A stretch of 47,416 bases of DNA from Tidjanibacter sp. (GTDB taxonomy: Bacteria; Bacteroidota; Bacteroidia; Bacteroidales; Rikenellaceae): NCBI GenBank assembly GCA_017935385.1, contig JAGBHS010000032.1, forward strand, positions 1-47,416, given 5' to 3'. The notes beneath the pieces were generated by a model. It was given only the letters and a program-made list of their open reading frames with translations. It ran no database searches and was not told where the DNA came from. The translations under genes and the position numbers were made by a program. Below, in pieces: positions 17,062-26,180 of the stretch. The number at the start of each line of letters is the position of its first letter. Position 1 is the stretch's first letter.

Positions 17062-17517
17062 TTAAAAGGTGTATTTTACACCGAAGCCGAAGTCATATCC
17101 GGCGAAATAAGAGTTGGAAATAATATTCAGCGCAGGACGATAGTCAAGCGAGAAAGCAATCGGAGCCACCGGAATCTGGTACTCAACACCAACAATACCG
17201 TCTACACCGAGAGCAAAGCTACCCGAATCATCTTTATCACCAGCACCAATGTGACCACCGGCACCGTAGAAGAAGCTGAAATTGCTGCCCAAATCATTAA
17301 CCCACTCATAAACCATTGACCCATAAAGGCCACCGTCATAATAACTCGATACCGAAAGGTCCCAAGCATTTCCGCCACCGAGGATGTGTTTAACGGTCAA
17401 GCCAGAAGCCATACCGCCACCACGTACTCCTACGGCCCAATTATAATCCTGAGCACTTGCATTAATTGCAAAAACAGCAACAATCAAAGTCAATAAAAAT
17501 TTCTTCATGTTATTCAT
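17062..17517 (-). CDS. Small outer-membrane beta-barrel protein
   Basis: Signal peptide MKKFLLTLIVAVFAINASA-Q, alternating aromatic/Gly strands, C-terminal FGVKYTF; start may be 17508. Confidence 0.75.
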   Translation of the reverse strand: MNNMKKFLLTLIVAVFAINASAQDYNWAVGVRGGGMASGLTVKHILGGGNAWDLSVSSYYDGGLYGSMVYEWVNDLGSNFSFFYGAGGHIGAGDKDDSGSFALGVDGIVGVEYQIPVAPIAFSLDYRPALNIISNSYFAGYDFGFGVKYTF

Positions 17518-17676
17518 TTATTAAGTTAGACAATAATCATACGAAAGGTTTTCAACCCATATTTTTTGCAAAATAAGAATAATTTTCCACTTTTCAAACA
17601 CCCAAGCACCTTTTAACGCATTCTTAACATTTCACTCCTCCACAACACATTTTTGAACTACCACACATCATGATAT

Positions 17677-17710
17677 AAAAAAGACGGGGACTTTGTGAAA
17701 AGTCCCCGTC
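17677..17710 (-). terminator. Minus-strand terminator ending the ECF sigma transcript
   Basis: GACGGGGACTTT / AAAGTCCCCGTC 12-bp stem followed by T6 on minus. Confidence 0.8.
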
Positions 17711-17715
17711 ATCAA

Positions 17716-17862
17716 TCAACCTCTACTTCTGAATGTTTCACCGAGCCAGGTGTCCAGAAACAGCAATTCTCCATCTCCACACACCACGAATTGCAACAAC
17801 AACTCGTCATCGGCCACACATTCAGCCACACAATTAACCCTATCTTCTCTTTTATCTTCCAC
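17716..17862 (-). CDS. Putative 48-aa small protein (not in the ORF track)
   Basis: GTG-started ORF MEDKREDRVNCVAECVADDELLLQFVVCGDGELLFLDTWLGETFRSRG, ending 5 nt before the terminator stem. Confidence 0.4.
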   Translation of the reverse strand: MEDKREDRVNCVAECVADDELLLQFVVCGDGELLFLDTWLGETFRSRG

Positions 17863-17922
17863 AGCGTTTGCTTTATCTGCTTGTCAATAAAGTAACGCCG
17901 TTAAACGCTCTTTATTGTGCTA

Positions 17923-18507
17923 TCAACACAAAATTAATTGTTTTTCCTTGATTATTTTTCTCAGATTTATCAAAGCATAACGCATCCTGCCAAGAGCAGT
18001 ATTGATACTGACACCCGTAAAATCGGCTATCTCCTTGAAACTCATATTGGAAAAATATCTCATTTTCACCACATCACGCTGCTCATCGGGCAGGCAATCT
18101 ATGAGTTTACGCAAGTCGGCCGCAATCTGCTCCTCCACCATCTTGTCCTCAACATTTGTCTCGGCAAAATTTCTGCTGTTGAGCAAATCGTATCCTGCAT
18201 CACTCTCCGATACATTGTTGGCCTGTTTCGTCTGACGGAAATAGTCTATCACCTGATTATGCGCAATACGCATAACCCATGACACGAACTTGCCGTTATC
18301 CACGTAGCGGCCCTCGTCAATGACGCGCACCACCTTAATAAAGGTCTCTTGAAAAATATCATCGGCCACATCACGATCCTTGACCATCATGATAATATAA
18401 TCGAGAATACGCTTTCTGTGTTTCTCAATCAATTTGGATATAGCACTTTTATCGCCCGAAAGATAAGAATTAAGCAACTGCTGGTCGCTTAACAATGTTC
18501 GTTTCAT
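17923..18507 (-). CDS. ECF sigma-70 factor of the conserved Bacteroidota SigH-like group
   Basis: DDIFQETFIKV, KFVSWVMRIAHN, SFKEIADFTGVSINTALGRMRYALINLRK. Confidence 0.92.
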   Translation of the reverse strand: MKRTLLSDQQLLNSYLSGDKSAISKLIEKHRKRILDYIIMMVKDRDVADDIFQETFIKVVRVIDEGRYVDNGKFVSWVMRIAHNQVIDYFRQTKQANNVSESDAGYDLLNSRNFAETNVEDKMVEEQIAADLRKLIDCLPDEQRDVVKMRYFSNMSFKEIADFTGVSINTALGRMRYALINLRKIIKEKQLILC

Positions 18508-18669
18508 ACTCTTGTCCTCATTTTTGGTTTAGAGTAGAATTTCTTCGATAGGCAAAAAGGGTTTTAGAGGTTTCTAATAATTTTTCGCAAGATACGACAA
18601 TATTTCCGAAAATCCAAATCTTCCGAAATATTCTTCCGCATTTTCGCGGTGTCATAAGCCTGCGAGCAA

Positions 18670-18683
18670 TGCAAACGATTGCA
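18670..18683. promoter_or_regulatory. LacI-family operator-like palindrome
   Basis: TGCAAACGATTGCA, central CG, fits TGNAANCGNTTNCA. Confidence 0.4.
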
Positions 18684-18802
18684 AAATACGTGCCGTTTAT
18701 GGTCCAAAATAAAGTTTTTTTCTCAAAATCTACCCCTAATCTCTTACCTATCAGTCAAAATTTATATTTTTGTGGTATATTCAAAAAAAAGATGAAAATA
18801 TC

Positions 18803-19687
18803 ATGAAAAAATGGATTCTTGCCACTCGTCCGTGGTCGCTGCCCGCATCGGTAATGCCGGCTCTTGTCGCACTCGCCTACGTCTTTTTTCATAAAGACGT
18901 TTTCTCCTCTCCCGATTGGATTGCCGGAATAGCCGCACTCATCGGAGCAGCCATATTCCATTTGGCAGGCAATCTGATAAGCGATTATTTTGATTATAAA
19001 AAAGGAGTGGACTCCATTGACAATATAGGCCAGACCAACCTCACCATAATCAATGGGATTCTTTCAGCCAAACAGGTGCTGATGTTCGGATTCACATTGC
19101 TGGCCATTGGTGCCGCCATAGGTTTCCTGTTGGTATTTCGTTGCGGACTGCCCGTACTCTACATCGGCATCATAGGCACCGCGCTTACGGTTTTTTACTA
19201 TCTGCTCAAATCGACCGCATTAGGCGACCTCGACATATTCATCACGTTCGGACTTTTGATTGCACTCGGAACGTGTTACGTGACAACCGGCGAACTTCAT
19301 TGGCCCGTACTTGCAGTCTCCTCGGCAAGCGGTCTGCTGATTGTGGGCATACTGCACGCCAACAACACACGCGACCGCAAGAACGACAATCGTGCCGGCA
19401 TCACCACCTTCGCTATGATACTCGGCCTGTGCGGTTCAAAAATATTCTACACTGCACTAATTATAGGAGCATACCTCATCGTGGCAACCGACATTGTACT
19501 CGGCCTGCTACCTCTCACATCGGCAATAGTGCTGCTATCGCTTCCCATCGCCGTAAAGAACATACGCGCCATGTTGCGATGCAAAGAGATGACCGAGATT
19601 GCCGCCCTTGACGGTCAAAGCGCACAACTCGTCATGATATTCTCACTTCTGGTTGCCGCATCGTGCTTTATTGCTCCGCTGATATGA
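18803..19687 (+). CDS. menA: UbiA-family prenyltransferase, MenA-like (DHNA prenyltransferase)
   Basis: Start ATG 18803 (MKKWILATRPWSL); NLISDYFDYKKGVD and ILHANNTRDRKND Asp-rich motifs; many TMs; TATTTTTG -7 element at 18765. Confidence 0.75.
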   Translation: MKKWILATRPWSLPASVMPALVALAYVFFHKDVFSSPDWIAGIAALIGAAIFHLAGNLISDYFDYKKGVDSIDNIGQTNLTIINGILSAKQVLMFGFTLLAIGAAIGFLLVFRCGLPVLYIGIIGTALTVFYYLLKSTALGDLDIFITFGLLIALGTCYVTTGELHWPVLAVSSASGLLIVGILHANNTRDRKNDNRAGITTFAMILGLCGSKIFYTALIIGAYLIVATDIVLGLLPLTSAIVLLSLPIAVKNIRAMLRCKEMTEIAALDGQSAQLVMIFSLLVAASCFIAPLI

Positions 19688-20334
19688 AACATCTGACCAC
19701 AAACATACTAGTTGCAGCGGCTTTGTGGTTCGTAATGTTCTCGCCATGGACCGCACCGCATCTTAATTTCTGGGGTGCCATGTCTTGTTCGGCAGTAATC
19801 CTTATATTATTGTCGTTCCGTTGGGGCGGTACGCGCCTTCACAAAGAGCAAATAACCTTTACAAGCACAGCCATAGGAGTTCTTTCGGCGGCGCTGTTGT
19901 GGGGTATTTTCTGGCTGGGCAACTATCTTGCAACCCGATGGTTCGGATTTGCGCAAGAACAGGTGGGTAACATATACGCCATGAAAGACGGCAACAACCC
20001 CGTTCTTATCGCCACCCTGCTATTAATACTGATAGGGCCCGCAGAGGAGATTTTCTGGCGCGGTTTTATTCAGACCCGAATACAGCAGAACGAAAGCCTC
20101 ATACCCAAACGTTGGCCTCGATTCTTTGGTGAGCTTGTTCCCGTCGCAATAACCACTCTCATATATGCCTTGGTTCACATCTGGTCGTTCAACTTCATGC
20201 TTGTGATGGCCGCCATGGTATGTGGAGGATTCTGGGGATTGCTATACAAATTCAACAAAGGAAACCTGTGGTCACTGATAGTATCGCACGCCTTATGGGA
20301 CGCCGCGGTATTCATCATCTTCCCCATAAAATAA
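19684..20334 (+). CDS. CPBP (Abi/Rce1-like, type II CAAX) intramembrane glutamic protease
   Basis: PAEEIFWRG, YALVH, SHALWD; ATGA overlap with the prenyltransferase stop. Confidence 0.9.
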   Translation: MKHLTTNILVAAALWFVMFSPWTAPHLNFWGAMSCSAVILILLSFRWGGTRLHKEQITFTSTAIGVLSAALLWGIFWLGNYLATRWFGFAQEQVGNIYAMKDGNNPVLIATLLLILIGPAEEIFWRGFIQTRIQQNESLIPKRWPRFFGELVPVAITTLIYALVHIWSFNFMLVMAAMVCGGFWGLLYKFNKGNLWSLIVSHALWDAAVFIIFPIK

Positions 20335-20362
20335 AAGAAAGCGCCCTTCGAGGCGCTTTCTT
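20335..20362. terminator. Bidirectional terminator
   Basis: AAGAAAGCGCC-CTTCGA-GGCGCTTTCTT. Confidence 0.8.
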
Positions 20363-20381
20363 CATTCCATAGAACTGGGTT

Positions 20382-21830
20382 TTATTTGATTTCGGCCAAC
20401 ACATCCACCAATAAATCCCAGAATTTCTCAACCGTAGAGATCTCTATTCTCTCGTCGGGCGAGTGAACTCCCCTCAACGTGGGACCAAACGATACCATAT
20501 CCAGCCACGGATACATCTTCAAGAACAGGCCGCACTCTAAACCTGCATGGATAGCCCTCACCTTCGGCTGTTTTCCAAACAGCTTCTCATACGATGCGTT
20601 CACCACCCCCAGCAACTCGCTATTGGGATTCGGAGCCCAACCGGGATAGCCCTCATTGTGTGTAACCTTTGCTCCTGCAAGAGCGAACACCGACTCTGCC
20701 GCCAAAGCAACATCGTTCTTGCTGCTCTCCAATGACGAACGGTGCGACAACACGACAACTATCTCATCTCCTTTGAACTTCACAGAAGCTAGATTTGAAG
20801 ATGTCTCAACCAATCCGGGCATAGCAAAACTCATGGCAAACACACCGTTAGGCACGCCCTCCAACGCCAGCAACAGGCGATGCTGCGTGTCTGCATCCAC
20901 CACAAATTCGGGAGCAGCGCACTCCTCTGCCGTCAACTGCACACCCGCATCGGTATACTGCAACTCATCCTTCACAGCCGCACCCAACGACGCCACCAAT
21001 GCCTTAAACTCATCGGCTTTCGCAACAGGCACACCCACAACAGCATGAGCCTCGCGAGGAATGGCATTGTGCAGATTCCCTCCATCGAAATCGGCCAGAC
21101 GCAGGCCGAGCTTTTCGCCCGCAATCAAAAGACGGGTCATTATCTTATTCGAGTTGCCCAAGCCATCGTCGATATTATCGCCCGAGTGACCGCCTTTCAG
21201 GCCCGACACCTCTGCACGAAACCATGCATACGCCTCAGGCAGAACCTCTTTCCGGTACGAGAAACTTGCAACGGTACCTATTCCTCCGGCACAACCGATA
21301 AAGATTTCGCCTTCGTCCTCCGAATCGAGATTGATGAGATATTTTCCCGTAATCATGCCTTCTCCCAGATTGAACGCACCCGTAAGACCCGTCTCCTCAT
21401 CCACCGTAAAGAGAGCTTCAATGGCAGGATGAGCAATCTTATCGTCCAGCAACACCGCCAATTCGGCAGCCATACCGATACCGCAATCGGCACCGAGGGT
21501 GGTCCCTTCTGCCATCACCCAACCGTCAACGATTTTGGTTCTTATCGGCTCATTCTCAAAGTCGAACTGCACATCTCCACGCTTCTCGCAAACCATATCC
21601 ATGTGGCTCTGCAACACCACCGTCGGCAACGACTCCTTCCCCGGCGATGCGGGTTTCATGATAGTCACATTGCCAACTGCATCTTTCTTGTATTCAAGGT
21701 TGTGACTCGCTGCAAAATCCTCCAAGAACTTAATTATCTTCGCCTCTTTCTTTGACGGGCGGGGCACCTGTGTTATAGCATCGAATTGCGACCACACATT
21801 CTCAGGCACAAGTTTACTTATATCCGACAT
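20382..21830 (-). CDS. pepD: Aminoacyl-histidine dipeptidase (M20C)
   Basis: LQSHMDMVCEK, TTLGADCGIG, TVDEETG, NLDSED, IHAGLECG, VHSPDE. Confidence 0.95.
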   Translation of the reverse strand: MSDISKLVPENVWSQFDAITQVPRPSKKEAKIIKFLEDFAASHNLEYKKDAVGNVTIMKPASPGKESLPTVVLQSHMDMVCEKRGDVQFDFENEPIRTKIVDGWVMAEGTTLGADCGIGMAAELAVLLDDKIAHPAIEALFTVDEETGLTGAFNLGEGMITGKYLINLDSEDEGEIFIGCAGGIGTVASFSYRKEVLPEAYAWFRAEVSGLKGGHSGDNIDDGLGNSNKIMTRLLIAGEKLGLRLADFDGGNLHNAIPREAHAVVGVPVAKADEFKALVASLGAAVKDELQYTDAGVQLTAEECAAPEFVVDADTQHRLLLALEGVPNGVFAMSFAMPGLVETSSNLASVKFKGDEIVVVLSHRSSLESSKNDVALAAESVFALAGAKVTHNEGYPGWAPNPNSELLGVVNASYEKLFGKQPKVRAIHAGLECGLFLKMYPWLDMVSFGPTLRGVHSPDERIEISTVEKFWDLLVDVLAEIK

Positions 21831-22072
21831 TTTATTCTCCTTTTTTATTTGTTATTAATACTGTTCTTCCATTTCCACCCCGTTGCCCACTCACAAAAGA
21901 GGGCGCAAAACAGGTTCGGGATTGTAAAGATACAAAAATCCCGCATTTTCACACTCCCCCGTCCACTCTTTTTTGCCGGACAGCGAAATCTCTATCGGAA
22001 AATTCATATCTTTGTGAAGATATAGGATGCGACATCAACTCGCAACTCAACAAACACTAAAAAGAGAAAAAC

Positions 22073-22555
22073 ATGACAAACCTCAGAATTGGACACGGAT
22101 TCGACGTTCACGCCCTGGCCGATGGTCTTAACCTGCGCCTCGGCGGTATAGATATTCCTCACACGAAAGGCTGTGTTGCCCACTCCGACGGAGATGTGGT
22201 TCTGCATGCCATATGTGACGCAATGTTGGGTGCCGTAGCAATGGGCGACATTGGTCAGCACTTCCCCGACACATCGGCCGAGTTCAAAGGTATCGACAGC
22301 ACCATTTTGCTGGAACGTTGTGTGGCTCTATTAGCCGAAAACGGATACTCTCTTGTCAATATTGACGCCACCATTCAGGCACAGGCTCCGAAACTGATGC
22401 CGCACATTGACGCCATGCGCGAATGCATTGCCCAGAAGACCGGCCTGCCCAAAGATTGCGTGTCGGTAAAAGCGACCACCACCGAACGTCTGGGCTTTGT
22501 GGGACGCAAGGAAGGCATCGCTGTCGACGCCGTTGTTTTGGTCGAGAAACACTGA
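22073..22555 (+). CDS. ispF: 2-C-methyl-D-erythritol 2,4-cyclodiphosphate synthase
   Basis: RIGHGFDVH, HSDGDV, GDIGQHFPD, KATTTERLGFVGR; TATCTTTG -7 element at 22007. Confidence 0.97.
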   Translation: MTNLRIGHGFDVHALADGLNLRLGGIDIPHTKGCVAHSDGDVVLHAICDAMLGAVAMGDIGQHFPDTSAEFKGIDSTILLERCVALLAENGYSLVNIDATIQAQAPKLMPHIDAMRECIAQKTGLPKDCVSVKATTTERLGFVGRKEGIAVDAVVLVEKH

Positions 22556-22670
22556 CTGGCGAGAGAATCAAAAAAAGGTACATTTTGTTAATAACTTGTG
22601 GCAAAAAATGGATGAATGATACGCTAAAAGTTACTATTTTTACGAAGTATTTTTATAGCGTAAAAAAGAG

Positions 22671-23579
22671 ATGAGTTCGTATCACATTCCGGTCCTTGCC
22701 GACAGATGCATAGAGTTGCTGAATATCAACCCGAAAGGGACTTATGTTGACCTTACTTTCGGTGGTGGAGGCCACTCGTCTCTCATCCTTGAAAAACTCT
22801 CCAAAGAAGGACGCCTTTTCGCATTCGATCAGGATCGGGATGCGGAAAACAATATCCCCGATGATGACCGTTTCAATTTCGTGGCCAGCAATTTCAAATA
22901 TTTGCGTGGCCAGTTGCGGTTGCGCGGAGTGGAACAGGTGGACGGAATTCTTGCCGATCTGGGTGTTTCTTCCCACCATTTCGATACGGCCGAGAGAGGT
23001 TTTTCGTTCCGTTTCGACAGCCAGCTCGACATGCGAATGAATCAAAGAGCCCGTTTCTCGGCTCGCGAACTCGTAAACGAATACTCAACCGAGAAGTTGG
23101 GCGAACTGTTGCGCCAATACGGAGAGTTGGACACCACCTATAAAATCGCCAACTGCATAGAACGTGCCCGCAACATGAAACCCATCGAAACGGTGGGCGA
23201 CCTGATTGCGGCGGTGGAACCCTGCACCCCGAAGAAAGATGCCAACAAATTCCTTACAAAACTATTCCAGGCACTGCGTATAGAGGTAAACGGAGAGATG
23301 GAGGCATTGAAGATGGCGTTGGAGCAGAGTGCAAAGGTACTGAAACCGGGCGGCAGGCTTGTGATCATGTCTTACCACTCGTTGGAGGACCGACTTGTGA
23401 AAAACTTTATGCGCAGCGGTAATTTCTCGGGGCAAGCCGAGAAGGATTTCTACGGTCGCACTCACACCCCGTTTGAGCCCATCACGCGCAAAGCCGAGGT
23501 TGCCGATGCAAAAGAGATTGCCGAGAACCCGCGTTCACGCAGCGCAAAGCTACGCGCCGTGGCGAAAAAAGAACAATAA
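22671..23579 (+). CDS. rsmH: 16S rRNA m4C1402 methyltransferase
   Basis: HIPVL, DLTFGGGGHS, DLGVSS, FQALRIEVN, YHSLEDR, NPRSRSAKLR. Confidence 0.97.
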   Translation: MSSYHIPVLADRCIELLNINPKGTYVDLTFGGGGHSSLILEKLSKEGRLFAFDQDRDAENNIPDDDRFNFVASNFKYLRGQLRLRGVEQVDGILADLGVSSHHFDTAERGFSFRFDSQLDMRMNQRARFSARELVNEYSTEKLGELLRQYGELDTTYKIANCIERARNMKPIETVGDLIAAVEPCTPKKDANKFLTKLFQALRIEVNGEMEALKMALEQSAKVLKPGGRLVIMSYHSLEDRLVKNFMRSGNFSGQAEKDFYGRTHTPFEPITRKAEVADAKEIAENPRSRSAKLRAVAKKEQ

Positions 23580-23582
23580 CGA

Positions 23583-23948
23583 ATGGAGAAGCAGAGAGCA
23601 GACATAAATAAAAATCAGACGAACAAGAAGGGCGGCAAGACCAAGTTCGGAGTGTTCGTATCGGGAGATTATCTGAATGAGAGCAAATTCAGCAAAAACT
23701 ACCCGCTGATACTCTATTGCTGCATTCTGATTCTCGGCTACATCGCTTATGTATTCTACTATCAGCGTACCCAGCGCCTTGAAATTGCTCAACGTACCGC
23801 ATTGCAGGAAGAACGTTCACGCGCCATGGTGTATCAGTCACTCAGGATGAACGCTTCGCGCCACAGCACAATAAGCGACGAAATAAAAAAACGAGGCATC
23901 GATTTGCACGATTCGCCAACACCTCCCAAGACAATCAAAAAGCAATAA
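23583..23948 (+). CDS. ftsL: FtsL-like cell division protein
   Basis: 121 aa, single TM plus coiled region, position between rsmH and the PBP gene. Confidence 0.7.
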   Translation: MEKQRADINKNQTNKKGGKTKFGVFVSGDYLNESKFSKNYPLILYCCILILGYIAYVFYYQRTQRLEIAQRTALQEERSRAMVYQSLRMNASRHSTISDEIKKRGIDLHDSPTPPKTIKKQ

Positions 23949-23954
23949 GGACCG

Positions 23955-26165
23955 ATGGCGACAGAGAGGAAAACACCGAAACTACCCACTCCGGGTTCAA
24001 AGCATATCAAGAAAGATATTCTGGTACGCGTGAACGTGCTGTATATCATCTTTTTTGGTATAGCTCTCTGTATCTTTGCACAAATGATAATCACTCAATA
24101 CGGTCCGAACGGCAGTTTGTTGCGCAATCTTTCCGACAGCCGCAACTACCAGATAAAACCAATCTATGCCTCGCGAGGCAACATTCTCTCTCATGACGGA
24201 AGAATTCTGGCAACCGAAGCCCCGTTCTATTCGTTGAGATTGGATTTCTCGGTGGAATCACTAAACGATTCCATCTTTGAGAGCAACGTAAAGCCCCTGT
24301 CGGACAGTCTGTCGTCACTGCTGGGAGAGTCGAGCAGACACTACGAGAACCGACTGCGCGAGATATACAGCATTGCCCATTCAGACAAACCGGGCCGCAA
24401 AAACCAACTGCTGGTTGACAAGATCAACCAACTGCAACTCGACCGTGTAAAAACCTTCCCGCTCTTTGCGGAGGGTATTGGCGGATTGAAAACTCCGAAA
24501 GATACGGTTCGCTATCGCCCTTACGGTTCGCTGGCCGCCTACACACTGGGAAATGCCTATACGCACGGTCTGGAACGTTCCTATAACGACTATCTGGTGG
24601 GCTATGACGGTCAGAACCGATGTGTAAGACTTGTCGGAAACGTATGGTTGCCCGTGGTGGATTCGATAAACCGAATTGCGGTTGACGGTAGCGACATCGT
24701 CACAACACTCGACATCGACCTGCAAGACGTGGCAGAGAGTTCTCTCCGTCGCCAAATGGCATCAAACAGCGCATTGTCGGGAACGGCAATAGTCATGGAG
24801 GTGGAAACGGGAGAGATCAGAGCCATGACCAACCTTACGCGCCGTTCGAACGGCAGAATAACCGACGACTTCAACTACGCCACGAATTCACGCAATGAGC
24901 CGGGCTCAACCTTTAAACTCGTTTCTCTGCTGGCTATTCTTGACGAGGCGGGATTGAGCAAAGACTATGCGATATATTGCAGTCGCAACGGTCGCGAAAC
25001 AATCAACCAGACTCTGGTTGAGGACACCCACACCACCCCCGAAGGACGCATGACGGTGAAACAGATGATGGCCGAGTCGTCCAACATCGGTTTTGCCAAG
25101 TTGATTGACCAACTGTATAGAGATAAACCGGAGGTATTTGTCAACTACATCAAAGAGTTGGGACTCAACACTCCTGCCGACATCCAAAGACACAAAGGTC
25201 TTTCGGCAGTAATCAAAGACCCTGCACGACGCCGACAGACCGACTGGAACAGAATGACACTCACCAAAATGGCATATGGATATGCCATAGAACTCACCCC
25301 GATGCATACACTGATGTTGTACAATGCGGTGGCAAACGATGGAAAGATGCTCGCACCCGTATTGGTAAAAGAGATTCAGAGGGACGGCATGACGGTGGAA
25401 CGTTTTGATGCAAAGGTGCTTAATCCGCAGATATGTCCCGAGGGAGTGTTGGCCGATGTGAGAGAATGCCTTGAAGAGGTGGTGGAAAACGGAACTGCAA
25501 GTCTGCTCAAAAATGACTACTACACCGTAGCGGGAAAAACAGGTACGGCTCAGGTCGCACAAGGAGCAAGAGGTTACTTTACGGCAGACGGAGGACGCGA
25601 CTATCTCGCCACCCTCGTGGGTTACTTCCCCGCCGAAGCTCCGAAATACAGTTGTATCGTAACCATCAAGACCCACCATAAGCCGGGCGACGGCAACAGA
25701 TACTACGGCAGTCAGTTGGCAGGTCCCGTATTCAAGGATATCATAAATTACATCTACACGCTGGATGAGGAGTGGCGTGCCGATGTGCAGGACTCAATGC
25801 GACTGAACGGCACAATTCCCATCAAAGGCGGCAATCTGCAACAGATTTATCGTACCACCTCGGAGGTCAGGATAGCGTCGGAAATCAATACGCAGGAACA
25901 AGGCTGGGGCACTGTAAACAAGGGAAGTACAATAAACGTAAACAGAATCGATACCGATACGGAACTAATGCCCGACTTGAAAGGCATGGGACTGAAAGAT
26001 GCCCTATACGTATTGGAGCAGGCGGGTATGAGAGTGACTTTTGAGGGCAAAGGCGGTGTGGCACAACAATCCATTGCGCCGGGTGACACTCTGGTCAGAG
26101 GCAATGACGTGCATCTTGTACTCCACCCCAGAACCACGCAAAAGGAGAGAACAGAGAACAAGTAA
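23955..26165 (+). CDS. ftsI: Class B penicillin-binding protein (FtsI/PBP3) with C-terminal PASTA domain
   Basis: RGNILS, EPGSTFK (SxxK), ESSNIG (SxN), AGKTGTAQ, MPDLKGMGLKDA. Confidence 0.9.
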   Translation: MATERKTPKLPTPGSKHIKKDILVRVNVLYIIFFGIALCIFAQMIITQYGPNGSLLRNLSDSRNYQIKPIYASRGNILSHDGRILATEAPFYSLRLDFSVESLNDSIFESNVKPLSDSLSSLLGESSRHYENRLREIYSIAHSDKPGRKNQLLVDKINQLQLDRVKTFPLFAEGIGGLKTPKDTVRYRPYGSLAAYTLGNAYTHGLERSYNDYLVGYDGQNRCVRLVGNVWLPVVDSINRIAVDGSDIVTTLDIDLQDVAESSLRRQMASNSALSGTAIVMEVETGEIRAMTNLTRRSNGRITDDFNYATNSRNEPGSTFKLVSLLAILDEAGLSKDYAIYCSRNGRETINQTLVEDTHTTPEGRMTVKQMMAESSNIGFAKLIDQLYRDKPEVFVNYIKELGLNTPADIQRHKGLSAVIKDPARRRQTDWNRMTLTKMAYGYAIELTPMHTLMLYNAVANDGKMLAPVLVKEIQRDGMTVERFDAKVLNPQICPEGVLADVRECLEEVVENGTASLLKNDYYTVAGKTGTAQVAQGARGYFTADGGRDYLATLVGYFPAEAPKYSCIVTIKTHHKPGDGNRYYGSQLAGPVFKDIINYIYTLDEEWRADVQDSMRLNGTIPIKGGNLQQIYRTTSEVRIASEINTQEQGWGTVNKGSTINVNRIDTDTELMPDLKGMGLKDALYVLEQAGMRVTFEGKGGVAQQSIAPGDTLVRGNDVHLVLHPRTTQKERTENK

Positions 26166-26180
26166 ACAACACACAAAGAA

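Noticed and set aside
18604-18640. TTCCG(A/C)A short direct repeats
   Set aside because: Irregular spacing (17 and 13 nt) and low information content
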